64,000 nt of DNA from Podarcis gaigeae (taxonomy: Eukaryota): the NCBI GenBank assembly GCA_964106915.2, contig OZ066916.1, one strand, 5' to 3'. A program made the translations under genes and the position numbers. Positions 24,952 through 37,445 of this stretch are shown one piece after another (positions within the stretch are counted from its first letter, which is position 1; each line of letters starts with the position of its first letter). Below the pieces are notes generated by a model. The model was not told the DNA's origin, ran no database searches, and saw only the letters and a list, made by a program, of their open reading frames with translations.

Positions 24952-26280
24952 CCAAGAGTTGTTCCCATTTTCATTTTCAATTGTCTAAGCAGGAAAGCAA
25001 AAAGGGTTTGTTGGCCAGCAACTTTTGTGGATTAGAATGGGGCTGACCACACTGACATCACTAGGATTTAGGTATCAAGGTCTGCAGCCGATAATTGCAA
25101 GAGATGGAGCTTTAGGTAAAAATCTATATTTTGCTTATTTATATATCCCTCCCTACTCACTCCTTCAGAATAAGAGGTTTATTTTGCCTGCTTGCTGTGG
25201 AGCGCTGGAAGCCTGGGGTAGATGCTTGAAAAGCAAGTGGAATGAGGGTGGGGGAGGGGGAGCGGCACAGTAGTAGACATAGTCTCAAATGACTTAAATC
25301 AATTTCAGTCAGATCCTGATTCAGGGAAGCAGTTCAAAATGTCAATAAGTGTTTTCATTAATGAATGATCCTGTTCACTGCGGCATTATGGTGGTGAAAA
25401 ATAGCATGCCATTTTCAATGAAAACTATTATCAGTGAGCGGCTTTGCTGGGGTCTAGGACTTTAAGAGAATAGCAAGTTGATACAAAACTGCTTTGTCCA
25501 ACTAGACCACATTAAAAAAGGCTCGCTTGGGGTGTGCTATTTTCACATCAAAGCAAAAGCGAGAGAGGAGGGCTGACTCCGTCTCTGGCCTTGATTAACA
25601 GTATGATTGTTGCAGAGCATGCAGGAATGTGAGTGCTTGTTCAAACCAAGCAAATGACGGATGTTTGTGGAGGCAGTTAATTACCCTCCAATTTTATTCT
25701 GGTTATTGTTTTTACACCCGCTTCTTAAGCACTTCACTTGACTGGAAATTAAAACCAGATATTGCTTCCTCTCTGCTGAGTCAAATGAAAGCACACAATA
25801 CTGTGGCTTTCAGAGAGGAATCTCAGTGGTGCCACTGGCACAGTGAAGAACTGCACTCTCTGGCACATCGGCCGAGAAAGACTAAAACACTTTTTCATTG
25901 GCCTGACTTGCAAAGCATGATAAACCAGACCAGGCCATACCAGAGGGGCACACACATGTGGGTGCCCAGAAGGGAGCGCACACCTGCTTTCTCCAGTCTT
26001 TTTTTTAATCCTGTGGCATGCTGAGCTAGGCCAAGGCTAGGTCTAGTGTGTTGTCCAAACCTAGGCTCATGCTTAAGCTTGCTAACCACAATCACAGATT
26101 CGGTTGACATGCTGAGCTCTTTCCTTGCTAACCACAAGTTGTAGTCAGGAATGAATTTTGGGTGCAGTATGTGATTAGCAAGGAGAGAGTGTAACCACAT
26201 GCTTAGATTCAGATAACACCCTAAAGTGAACCTTAGCTTAGCTCAACGTGGGAGTAATAAATACCAGGAAGGAGCAAAGC

Positions 26281-26474
26281 CAGTGGCAGACCTTCATGCT
26301 CCAGCACTGGGGGGTGGATAGCAGGCAGAGGCGGGGCTGGCGGGTGTGGCACACAACCTGCGGGGGCATGGCGCCCAGTGTGGGCGGGGGGGGGGGCAGC
26401 CCCAATGGCACCCCACCGGGAGCGTGCTGCCGGGGGCGGTGCACTCCCCCCGCACTCCTCTTCCTCTGCCAGTG
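26281..26474 (-). mobile_element. GC-rich hAT-type MITE, inverted relative to 2636-2838
   Basis: 8-bp TSD AGCAAAGC at 26273-26280 and 26475-26482; termini CAGTGGCAGA / TCTGCCAGTG. Confidence 0.85.
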
Positions 26475-26836
26475 AGCAAAGCAACTGTGAGCCCTTCTCC
26501 AAGAGCCTGCACATTCGCAGAAAGTCATAGTTTGGCTTATCGTGTTGTGTGAACCAGCTCACTGTGTTGGAATTTGGGTCATGGCAATCTTTTATTTATA
26601 GCAGCTGTGTTCCTGTGGTTAAGGTCGTCAGGTTATCATCATTGGTGCCCACAGGGCAAGACTCTGGCGCAGGCATCCAGGGCCCCACTCAGCAAAATGA
26701 ACAGGAGGACCACCAAGCACAGCACACCCACTGTCATCTGAAGAGGGACCATTTTGCTCACTCACAATACTTTCTCCTGTGCAGAAGTACAGGGGCACGT
26801 ATGCACTACAGCTATGTCCCTCAACTAACCACTTAC

Positions 26837-26950
26837 CTTTGGAGATTTCTCTTTTTTCAGGTTTTTCCACTTTCTCTGGCTTTTCAGATTTCTTAGCTTT
26901 CTCAGGTCTCTCAGGCTTCTCTGGCTTTTCAGGTTTTTCTTTGGGAATTG
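26837..26950 (-). CDS. TRDN: Triadin 114-nt KPE-repeat exon
   Basis: ttatttctag|CAATTCCC...TCCAAAG|gtaagt; AIPKEKPEKPEKPERPEKAKKSEKPEKVEKPEKREISK; phase 1-1. Confidence 0.92.
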
Positions 26951-27373
26951 CTAGAAATAATAATACCAATATATTCATGTATCTGAAATATGCATATAAT
27001 ATATTTTATTATATACATTCATGTATATTCATGTATCTGAAATATACATATATCTTAGAGGGGAACACCAAAGAATGGTATCTAACTTGAAAACGTGCAC
27101 TCATAGGTCCGGTGATGTCTAAGACATTGAGGAATAGTGACTTGCAGTACAATCGTAAGCATTTTTATTCCAGACACTAATGCACATGAACAAGTGCACA
27201 CCTGCACCCTCCCTCTGCTTTACACACACACAAGCACACACACAAACAGATGGACAGACACACATTCTCATGGGTGTGCAAACAGACACAACTTGCTAAC
27301 TACAATATTGTAATTTATATTGTAATTTAATGTTGTGAACTGCCCTGAGTTCCACAGATGAAGGATGGTATAC

Positions 27374-27452
27374 AGCTGAATGAGAGGGAAGGCAAGTGAG
27401 GGAGTTGTTACTAATTAACAACTCCCTCCCTTGCCTTCCCTCTCATTCAGCT
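27374..27452. repeat. Near-perfect inverted repeat, 37-bp arms, 5-nt loop
   Basis: 27374-27410 pairs with 27416-27452 at 36/37 positions. Confidence 0.95.
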
Positions 27453-29994
27453 CCCCAATCAGCTGTTGAATGGAAGAAGGCACACAGTGTTAACAAAGAG
27501 GGTGAAGATCACCATCGTGCTCTTTGAGTTGTTCCATCGGTTCAAGCCTTGCAGCCAGATGAAACAATTGCCCCTCTCCTTTCCATGCATGCTGTTCCAG
27601 GGGTTCTCCTAACTCTCACCCAAGCAAATTTCAAGGGTGCCGGGCATCAGAAGAGGCGGGGGGAGCACTATTGTACAAGTGTAAATCTGTGTGCAGAGCT
27701 TCTACTGACAGGAATGGTGAGGTGAATTCCACCTTATGATGCCACCATGTGCCTCTTCAGCCAATTGATGTTGGGAGGAGCTGAAGAGTTCTCTAGTTGG
27801 TGTTTGAACACTGACAGTTGTTTGGCTGGCTGAGGAGAATGTGATTGCCATCTTGAGGTGCATGTTGTGGGACATCTGGGCAACCCACAACCAGGCCCCA
27901 AAAAAGGTCTGTGAGGGCCACAGGAAGTAGGTTGCCCTCGTGTGTTTTATAAGTCTAACCTATTCTGCATTGGTGGTGGTAGTTGTCATTAGAAATTAGT
28001 TTAGCTTCATGATGGTGAATTAGCAACAGTGTTCATGGCCTGCCACACAGAACTAACACCCACAGACAGCTGCCAGCTTACACTGGTTTTGCTGCAGTTC
28101 CCCGTTTCTGCAATAAAGACATTTAAAAATCTTCAGAAACTACTTGGGAAAATGTTCCCTCAGTGGGGGAAAGCAAGACTTTCCTGATGAAAATAACTTT
28201 CCCTTGAACTTAAGCAATATTCCTTATCACAAGAGAATGACTGGTGAGGGATGAGTCTGATGAATTTAGGATTTTAGGCAGCCCTTTCTCCCTTCTTGCA
28301 AAAGCTTCTGGCAGACAGCAGAGGACAGTTGTTGCATTATTCTCACCCTGCCCTGAGAATAAACTCCCAGATCCTAGATTTAGTTCCTCAGAGAATAATA
28401 ACAACGCACCATCAGTTTATAATGAGACAATAAGAACGTGCATGGAGTTTCCAGAAAGAAAACTATGGAGGGGGCACTGTAATGGCAACAAAGGGAGAAA
28501 GGTCCTTAAATAAAAAAGGATGCTTCTTTTTTTGAGAAGCTTTCTTCCTTTGCCTGCAGGAGCTTCCAAAACTCACCCCATCACAATCCATCATTTACAT
28601 TCTCTGCCGTATCTCCAAGCCATCACCTAAGAACATTTACACCACCACTAACCCAGCATGACACACTCTCCTCCTTTTTGAACCCTTCTCCTGGTTCCAT
28701 CCTTCAAGCCTGAATACAACCACCACCATAGCAATCCTTCTCCCACTCCAAGCGCTCCTTAACAACTGCCTGTTCTGGGCTCTGAAGTGCCACTTTAACA
28801 ACCTACTTTTTGTTACTTGTGGCTTCAGGGACACTGAATCTAGTGGGTGGTAGTGGGTGAAAGGTGGAGAACCACCGACTTTCTTTATTTTGAAAGTCAT
28901 GCTGAAGCCCCGGCATGCCTCCATAGCCTTGCCCCAGAGAATATTCCATGTCACCAATCCAAGCGATGTCAAAATGTTTAATCATCCCTAGAATTTGAAG
29001 TCTCCTATTTTGGCAGCACCTGCCATTCTCAGATAAGCGCATAGCCTTCAGACACGGCTCTTTCTGCATCCTTATGAGGAAGTGGTGGTCACTGTTGTCC
29101 TACAATCCAAGATTAGCATATTGTGCTGTGAGGATGCTGCCAAGGCTAACCAGGCAGGCCTGGAAAACTAATTAGAGCAATCCCTTATCCTATATTTGGT
29201 GGCAGGAAAAGAGATTTGCTCATCATGCCAATACATTCTGCAGTTATCCACATCCCCCTCTGTTTACCTAGCTAATTGGTTGCACCAAGGAGACCTCGAT
29301 GCTGCGTAATTCTTTTTGAAACATTTTTAACGGCAAACTGTGTAAATGTTACTGGTCAGTATAAGTGCAAAACGAATGCTTTTGGAATTGGTCCTCTGCA
29401 TCACAGTAAATGTTTCCGTTATGGTTTGCACCATGGTTGATTTTAAGCCAGCCTGATGTTTGTTTATTTATTTTTGCCCATGGCAAGTTTTTAGTTCAGC
29501 CTCCGAAAGGCTGCTCAGCAACACAGAGAAAGGTCACTCTGTGTTCTCACTGCAGCTGCTTCTGTCTTCACAGGAGAGTGAAAGAGGCAAGATATTTTAT
29601 AGTGCTCTCCAATGCCTTATGAACACAGTGTTTGCAATGAAGATTAGCACCTATGCATTTTGCCTCATATATCTGGTTCTACGGGGGCTAAAGACTTGCT
29701 TTTTGAGCATAAAAATGAAAGCACAGATTCCTGGCCAGCCAATGAAGCTAACAGGCACTTAATGCTGGGTTAGCAAGTCATATGACTGAGCTGAATGGAC
29801 TTTGAGTGTAGTCTAATATCCATTAGGGTCAGCTCATCTGGCCAAGCCCCCACTGAACTGGATAACCTATTGATTGGTGGGTAAGGCTTTTCCCTCCCAG
29901 AGCAGATATTTGTGTGTTTTCAACTGTTTCTGAGGAGTTCTGCACATTCTTACAAACAGAACACACTTGGAATAAAATACATAAAAATCATCAC

Positions 29995-30025
29995 CTTTGG
30001 GTGGAGGCTTCTTTTCAATTTTCTC
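29995..30025 (-). pseudogene. Decayed duplicate of the 3' half of the 60-nt exon (EKIEKKPPPK plus GT donor)
   Basis: 29/31 identical to 30591-30621 and followed by gtgatg, but has no phase-1 AG acceptor. Confidence 0.6.
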
Positions 30026-30590
30026 ATGCAAAACACCAATTAGTTCCCGGAAAGCAATTTTAAAAGTACGTTGGAAAAGCAACAGTGCCAGTTAGCTAGT
30101 GCACCCAATATTTGAAATTATTACCCTTCTTTTTTTGTTTCAAAAAAGTATACCCTACTTTTTTTCCATCCACAAAGATGCTGCTCAAAGAGGTTTGCAA
30201 ATATGCAACAATGATCTAATCATTAAAATACAAATCATGAAGATAGTGAAAACGGCCACAAAAAGTAAAACACAGAAAAACACAACCACTAAATGAAGCA
30301 GCAGGATAATTCAACAATGCTTTCAACTGTTGGCAGAGCAGAACATAATTAAGGGGGAAGATGTCCCAACAAACTAATAGGGGGACAGACACAAAGGGTG
30401 CAACTGCCTATCATAAAGGCTGGGCAGATTCACAGAAGAGGAGGTGGTCCTCCAGGTAGCCTGGTTACTTGAAGCCCAGTTTAGAACTTTATTGGTAATA
30501 TCCGGCACCTTTAATTGCACGCGGAAATGCACTGGAAACAGAAAAAAGAGAAGAAAACATACCCATAATAATTTAAATAGAAATTATTAC

Positions 30591-30650
30591 CTTTGGGTGG
30601 TGGCTTCTTTTCAGTTTTCTCTGGTTTTTCAGGCTTATCTATGTGGATTT
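30591..30650 (-). CDS. TRDN: Triadin 60-nt exon (exon 5 equivalent), EIHIDKPEKPEKTEKKPPPK
   Basis: ttttgcttccag|AAATCCAC...CCCAAAG|gtaat; same length as, and similar to, human EIHKDKTEKQEKPERKIQTK. Confidence 0.93.
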
Positions 30651-31024
30651 CTGGAAGCAAAACATCACTTAGTTATTGACAGAGATACTATTGTCGCAGG
30701 AAGGCAGTGGAGAAAATACGTCAAAAACACATCAAAGTAACCTAGCTTAGAAAGGAAACTTTTGAAATATTGAAAAAGAATATATATTGCCTAGACACAA
30801 CAGTGTTCTTGATAGTATTGCTGTTTTCAAAATCCAGTATTTATTCCATGGGGACGGGAGGGGGGCAACAGTTCACTCTGTAGGGTCAAGCTAACAAGGA
30901 AGTGGAAGGGAAAAAGCCACTTACGAGGACAGGGAAGGGAAAGGCAGTAGAAAGGTAGCGGATGCACAGATGCTCCTGAAAGCCAATCCAATGCTCCGAC
31001 TGGCGCATCCACACACTACAATGC

Positions 31025-31428
31025 CAGTAGCGGAGACAGGGGGTGCGGTGGGGGTGGGTCGCCCCGGGTGTCATCCTGAGGGGGAGGTGACATTTGGCGC
31101 GCCGCTCACCCATGACTCCCAAGCCTATCCCGACTCCTGAGCTGTCCAAAGGAAGGGGGAAGACCTCCAGCAAAACAACACAGCTCCTCTCTTCCCCCAG
31201 CAGCTCAGGGTAGAGTCCTGAGCTTTTGGGAGAAGGGTGGAGCTGTGCCGCTTTGCCGGCGCCTTCCCCCTTCGTTCTGACAGCTCAGGAGTCGGGGGGG
31301 GGAGTCGGGAGTGGGCAGCTAGCCCCTGTGCACAGCTAGTCCCCCTGGGACACATGCAAGTAGCCCTCCCCCGGGATGCACACAGCTAGCCCCGCCCCCG
31401 GGTGCTGGAGATTCTAGCTCTGCCTCTG
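31025..31428. mobile_element. GC-rich element related to the hAT MITEs, with an internal ~80-bp inverted repeat
   Basis: Termini CAGTAGCGGAG / CTCTGCCTCTG; internal arms about 31128-31208 and 31217-31296; no clean TSD. Confidence 0.55.
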
Positions 31429-33272
31429 CACACTGACATCTCACACTCTCACCCAGTAAACAAATAATATATATATTTAAATGAATTTATTGTTTCATTC
31501 CTTCCTTTAAATTTTCAAAATGGTGCAAGGATGAAATTGTGTGTTAGTGCAACTGAGCAAGACCTCTTGCCTCATGAGTCTTTAGCAGTGAGTTGCTCTT
31601 TGCTCCCCACCAGACATTTTTCAGGTGCAGCCTCTTTTGAGCTCCCTATTGATTTAATATCCAGGGCTATGCATGTAGAACAGACTCCATTGCAAATGAC
31701 TAGCATTGAGTTTTATGGGGCCATGTTCACAGAGAAGAGACAAATTCCTTCATCGCTCCTAAGAGCCCTGATGTTCTTGGGAAAAGGCACTGATTTAAAC
31801 CCACTACCACATTTGGGTTCCTGATACAACCTGACTGCTACTCATTGGGGTCAGTTTTATAGCCGAAAAACAGCATCCCTAAAGAACTTGTAACATTTAA
31901 GGGGGGGAGAGAAATCACATCCCCCCCCATCAGCTTCCTTTCAGTGCCTTTTTTAAACAGCATCTGCTTTATTCTCTATGACAAATAGCTTTAATTTTCT
32001 GCTAATCACATCATATCTTTTTTGCTGAGTTGCCAAAGCAGTTGTATTCTCATAGAAGACTTGCATGGCCAGTTGAAAGGATGCAATTTATCTCCATCAG
32101 AGAGGCATATTGTTAATAAATCCTAAATATTATGAATTCATGTTTAGAAAACTGACAGAATCCAGCAGCAGCAATGATAATCTCAGTCACCAAGGCAACC
32201 ATCCTGATTCTCTATAAGATGACAGTACAGTTTATTAAATTATTGTGAGAGAGTATGTATTTTTAAAGAAGTATTTCATTGCTAAATTTTCATTAGCTAC
32301 CAAGGAAATCCAGAGGGGGGGGGGGGGATCCACAGCTTTCTTTTTACATTGCTGGTTTCACAGCAGTTTAGAATTTTATTTCTTTGATTGTGAATATCAC
32401 CTTTTCTGATAATAGAAAGATACACATCACCTGTAGGCAAATAATTATTTTATATTCTCTAAGATGAAAAATCAATAACCTGTTCAACTACAATTTTAAA
32501 ATATTGAGGAGATATGGTTCTATAAAAGTTTAGCAGATCAGCATAGCCTTGCACTGCTCCATTTGGAATTCCCAAGCCACGGCACAGATTTTACAGATTG
32601 TGATATGAAATTGTTTTCCACATATACACTGAGGTATTTAATCAGACGGACTATTCTCCCTGCATTATTGTCCAGGCTTAAACTACAATAGCAAGAAAAT
32701 GCTTGTGTGCAAACTAGATATATAGATATAGTTTTTGCTTAATTATTATGTTTCATGTATAATAACACAAAAAGTATGGTTCAGCCAAAGTTCAGCACTA
32801 ATCTCATCCACATGCCACAGTAAGACATAAATTGTGGCTTGCTGTGCATGAGCAAATGGGTCTTACTTCTTTCCATCCTGCTCTCCTGGCCTGCACTTGG
32901 GAGAAAACAAACCATGATCCCTGACTCAGCATTACATCTGAACCAGGGTTTGTTTCACTCCCAATAAACAATTATCTATAGCCAATGTTTAGGTTGTTGT
33001 TTTTTAGCTTTCTGATCATGATTTGTTGGACTCAAACCAAACATGATCTCAGCTTCAGTTGTAATATGAACATAATGTAGGATCCAAAATTGCACGGGCA
33101 AACTTCCACTTGTGCAACAAAACCATACGTTTTTCTCCTTCCCCCTGTAGACCCCATGTGCCACCAGATCTTCTCCAGAGTGCCACCCAATCCTCCAGAA
33201 CAGCTTTTAATGGCATGTGGTGGATGCAGGGGGCAGAAGGGGAGGAAGGTGAACTTCTGTTGCACAAGAAGT

Positions 33273-33401
33273 GTGTATCTGAAGAAGTGTGCATGCACAT
33301 GAAAGCTCATACCAAGAACTGACTTAGTTGGTCTTTAAGGTGCTACTGGAAGGAATTTTTTTGTTTTGACTATGGCAGACCAACACGGCTACCTATCTGT
33401 A
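33273..33401 (+). mobile_element. Penelope-like element terminal fragment
   Basis: 9-bp TSD ACAAGAAGT at 33264-33272 and 33402-33410; recalled reptile PLE end GTCTTTAAGGTGCTAC...CAGACCAACACGGCTACC. Confidence 0.8.
33275..33312 (+). ncRNA. Minimal type I hammerhead ribozyme motif
   Basis: GTAT-CTGAAGA-A-GTGTG CATG CACAT-GAAA-GC-TC-ATAC: CUGANGA and GAAA cores, stem II, stem I GTAT/ATAC. Confidence 0.7.
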
Positions 33402-35529
33402 ACAAGAAGTTTGTTTTGCTCACAGATGGGCAGAATTAGATACAATCCATGGTTTGCTTCTTCCCAGCTTGGTGCATTCATGGTAAACCATTAATTAAGT
33501 TTCACTGTGTTGCATGAACTGAGCCGCAGTAAAGTTCCTCCATGCGACAGTAGAATTTCAACTACTTAAAAGCACCTGAGATCTATGGCTATAGGGCAGC
33601 ATGCAAATTCAGGCATTCAATCAGTTAATTAATAACTCTCCCACTGAGATCAATGGAACTCAAAAGCACAAATATTGCTTGGATTATTCCAGTTTTTCAA
33701 TACAAAATCCTGGAAGATTGATTTCAAATGATGAAATATAATCTTACATTGACCAGCTTCTGCACCAATATAACATGAACTATTTAATTTTGAAGCTCAT
33801 ATTTGAGCATTTGGGGGTGAATTCTGACAGCAATATGTCTGTCTTGATTCTTTCATGTCAAACGCATATACCAATATAGGAAAAGGCAGAAAGAAAAAAG
33901 CCTATATTATAGAAGTAGTTTGGCAAACAGTGATCAGAATAATTTTAGCTAACCATTGTTCCTCTCCTCTGACTGCAAAAGTGTTGGGCTCAGTGAGTGG
34001 GAAATAATATCTTTAGCAATCTAATTAGCTTGATCTTTTTGTAGTTTTAACCACAGATTAACAAGGGTTTATCTCTATGCTGGCTTGCTGCTTTGAAGTC
34101 CTATTTTCTGTCAATTCAGGATGCTAACTGCCCCATACTGATGTCTACCAACCATTCAAATTAGAAAAGGATATCAGATTTTGCCTTCTGACATCCAAGA
34201 CCCCATTCGCCTGTCCTGTAGACATTTTGCTGCTGCCTTCTGAACCACCTTTGTTGCCATCACTGTTCTTGTCCCCTCGGCCTTCCAGTTTAGTCTTTTC
34301 AACATCTTCGGGGTGTTTAACAAATGGATAGTGAATGAACACAAGCTGCAACGCAACACTTGTGTACTTGGCATAAAAAGTCAACTTCTGCTGACTTCTG
34401 TATGAAAAATGCATTGGCAATCAGCCAATGTACATTCTAGATTCAGAGCAAGCAAAGAGCAGGAGATAGAGGGCATGTGAACATGCATGTTGACTGGGCA
34501 CATGAAAAACATGGAGCATCTAGAGGATGAATAAGCATGTCTTTAGAAGATGAAGAAAACTAAAGGATGAGATTGAGAAAGAATGGGTGGAAGAATGGTG
34601 GTGGCAAAAATCTTTAAGAAACAGAGAAATACCATAGCTAAAAACAAAGACAAAGTGTATTTGTGTAGGTTAGCAGGGTTAATTTTGTGGTCCCAGTCAC
34701 AGTGCCACCCTTCCCTAGGTAGTGACTAAAGAAAGGTGCGATAAAATAACCCAATCAGATGATGATCTGGATTAAAATGGCCATTAAAATGTAGGAGGAA
34801 TTTGGTTCAGGCATTGGGTATATATCCATCCCAGCCTCCTTGATACTTTTTCAGGGCCATGTCAAGGATTATGGTTTCCCCAAAATGCTGATCTATTAAG
34901 ATGGCTGTCCTAAGATAGCCACTGGAAGCTCTATGGCCTGTCTGCCCCACACTTGGCTTCTGGACATATACTTCCACCAAGACCCCTCTAACAGTGTACC
35001 CTGATTACACTTCTGGTTCAGGACAGGGTGATGCACCACTTCACCCAAAAGCAACTGCACTGTGGAAGACACACACAATCAGCTTTTATGTGTTGGCACT
35101 GCCCATCCGAGGGGCCTCTGATTGGCCCATTTTGAACTTAAGCTTTTGGCAGGAAGTCATGCCCTGTGACCCTGCAGGCTGGGGAATTCCCAAGCGGCCA
35201 GCCCGCCACATGTATTCTGGCTGCCAGGAATGGTAGCTGAGGGTGAGGGACCGCAACTATTGCTCACCCAAGAAAGGGGTGAACGGCCATTTTGGTCTTT
35301 TGAAGACACAGAATTACTTTTTTGTGTTTATAGCTATATAAAAGAAGCCCGTCAAATGTGATGTACAGTGGGCAGTTTTGCATTCACGAAATATTTATGT
35401 AAATGTCTTTTATGACTCTAAGCTATCCTCTTAAACCATAACAGAGCACCTCAACTTCCTGTAGAAACACACAATGCAATTTCAATACAGGAATTCAAAA
35501 AGCAGATAAGTTATTGGTAAAAAAAAAAA

Positions 35530-35850
35530 AAGGTAAAGGACCCCTGACAGTTAAATCCAGTCGCAAACGACTTTGGGGTTGTGGCACTCATCTTGCTTTA
35601 CTGGCCGAGGGAGCTGCTTCCGCAGAGAGTTCTTCCAGGTCATGTGGCCAGCATGACTAAGCTGCTTCTGGTGAAACCAGAGCAGTGAATGGAAACACTG
35701 TTTACCATCCCGCCGCAGTGGTACCTATTTATCTACTTGCACTTTGATGTGCTTTCTGACTGCTAGGTTGGCAGGAGCTGGGACCAAACAATGGGAGCTT
35801 ACCCCGTCACAGGGATACGAACTGCCGACCTTCCAAACGGCAAGCCCAAA
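35530..35850 (-). mobile_element. Sauria SINE (Squam1-like)
   Basis: AAGGTAAAGG (reverse of the ACCTTT tail) and a body similar to 63394-63711. Confidence 0.88.
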
Positions 35851-36639
35851 GCCACACTAGATATTTGAAAGGTCACTTGACATGCAGCTAATCCAGAGTC
35901 CCCACTACAAGCTACACTCCTCCATGTGACTCAGTATGATTGATTGGTTCCTTGTGTTCACTATCAGGCCATTTGACTTTCCACAAGATTCCACTGACAT
36001 GATGGGAAAGCGAGATGAGCTCCACCTTTGACTGGACTTAACCGTCCAGGGGTCCATTACCTTTAGCTTTACATGCAGATGATTAGAGTTTGTGATCAGT
36101 ATATGCCTTCTTACTGCTGTGCTGGACGTAGTGTGCTAAGATCAAGCTGTTTGCTCTGTGTACCACAGTAAACAAAAATACTATGGCTGAGAATCTTAAC
36201 TGTTCTAAAATATTTCCATTGCAGTCCTGGAACCTTTATACAGCACATCCTTCCCTCCCCGAATTACTTTACTTGGATCCACTGAGAAGCAAACAACCAC
36301 TTTCAGGTCTTAGAAAACCCAGCAGCTCTGTGTTTACCAAAGAGATAGTTGAAATAGTCTGACTTTATGATGCATTCAAATACAAGTCTATTTTGTTTTC
36401 AGGAAGAGAGCAATACAGATTTATCATGGATTAAGGCTTTACTGCTGAGAATTTTAAGCGATTTCCCCACTGGGGTGTAGCTCTATTGAAGCCCTCAGTG
36501 ATGAAAATATTAGTGCCAGCAAGTCAAACACATCCCTTCTTCTCCACAGCAGCAGGTGTTTTGATTTGAGAGATAATAGTTTTGATTGTTTCTTTGTTGG
36601 GCAATAAGGCAAAAATGGGAGAACTGCATGAAAGTACTT

Positions 36640-37175
36640 TTGATCCCCCAAAGGGGAACAAATATCACAACTGGAGAGAGACCTGTTGGAATGTAATGTG
36701 AAAGTGCTGTCTAAAATGCATAAAATATTATTGGAATGGGAGACAAAGGATGAGCAAGTAAAACCCTCAATGATACACTGGGCAATAGATATTGGTCATA
36801 ATACAGATAGGGAAGCATGGGAAGGATTGTGGAATATGGATATAAAATTTACAGCATGTTATGATCTAAGAGAAAATTATATGAAAATGATATAGCGATG
36901 GTATCCAACACCAAACAAATTGGCAAAAATGTATAAATCTAAATCAAATAAGTTTAGGAAATGTAAAGAGAAAGAAGGTTCTTTTTATCATATGTGGTGG
37001 TCTTGAAATGAGGTTAAAGCTTACTGGGAAATGATACATAATGAAATGAAAAGGATGTTTAAAATACTGCTTGTAAAAAACCCAGAAGCTTTTATTTTGG
37101 GAATTGTAGGGACCAAACTACCTAAACTGTATAAAAACTTATTCATGTATGCTACTATAGTGGCAATAATGTTAA
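36640..37175 (+). mobile_element. L1-clade LINE ORF2 C-terminal fragment with stops
   Basis: KILLEWETKDEQVK...W..LW...[21 protein letters not shown]...[15 protein letters not shown]: the degenerate C-terminal cysteine/histidine region. Confidence 0.8.
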
Positions 37176-37405
37176 TTCAGAGCTAGCCTAATCATGTGGT
37201 GACATAAAACAAATGTTTCAACTGGAGCTGACAATACTGGGCTGTAGTGGCAATTAGTCTCATCAGTAGTAGCAGTCAGTGTGGAAGGGTGGTGGTGTTT
37301 TCCTGACCTGTCACTGCCGTTGTATACTTATCAACAAGGGAAAGGGTCAAACATTAAGGAGGTCAGCATGGTGCACCAGCAGTAGTACTGGATTGGCTCT
37401 GCTGG

Positions 37406-37445
37406 TGCACCAACCTCCCTGCCACTGCACCAACCTCCCTGCCAC
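37406..37445. repeat. Perfect 20-bp tandem duplication
   Basis: TGCACCAACCTCCCTGCCAC twice. Confidence 0.95.

Noticed and set aside
34145-34420. Charged minus-strand ORF (KHPEDVEKTKLEGRGDK...) as a triadin exon
   Set aside because: No AG places it in phase 1 of that frame, and it has no recognisable triadin similarity.
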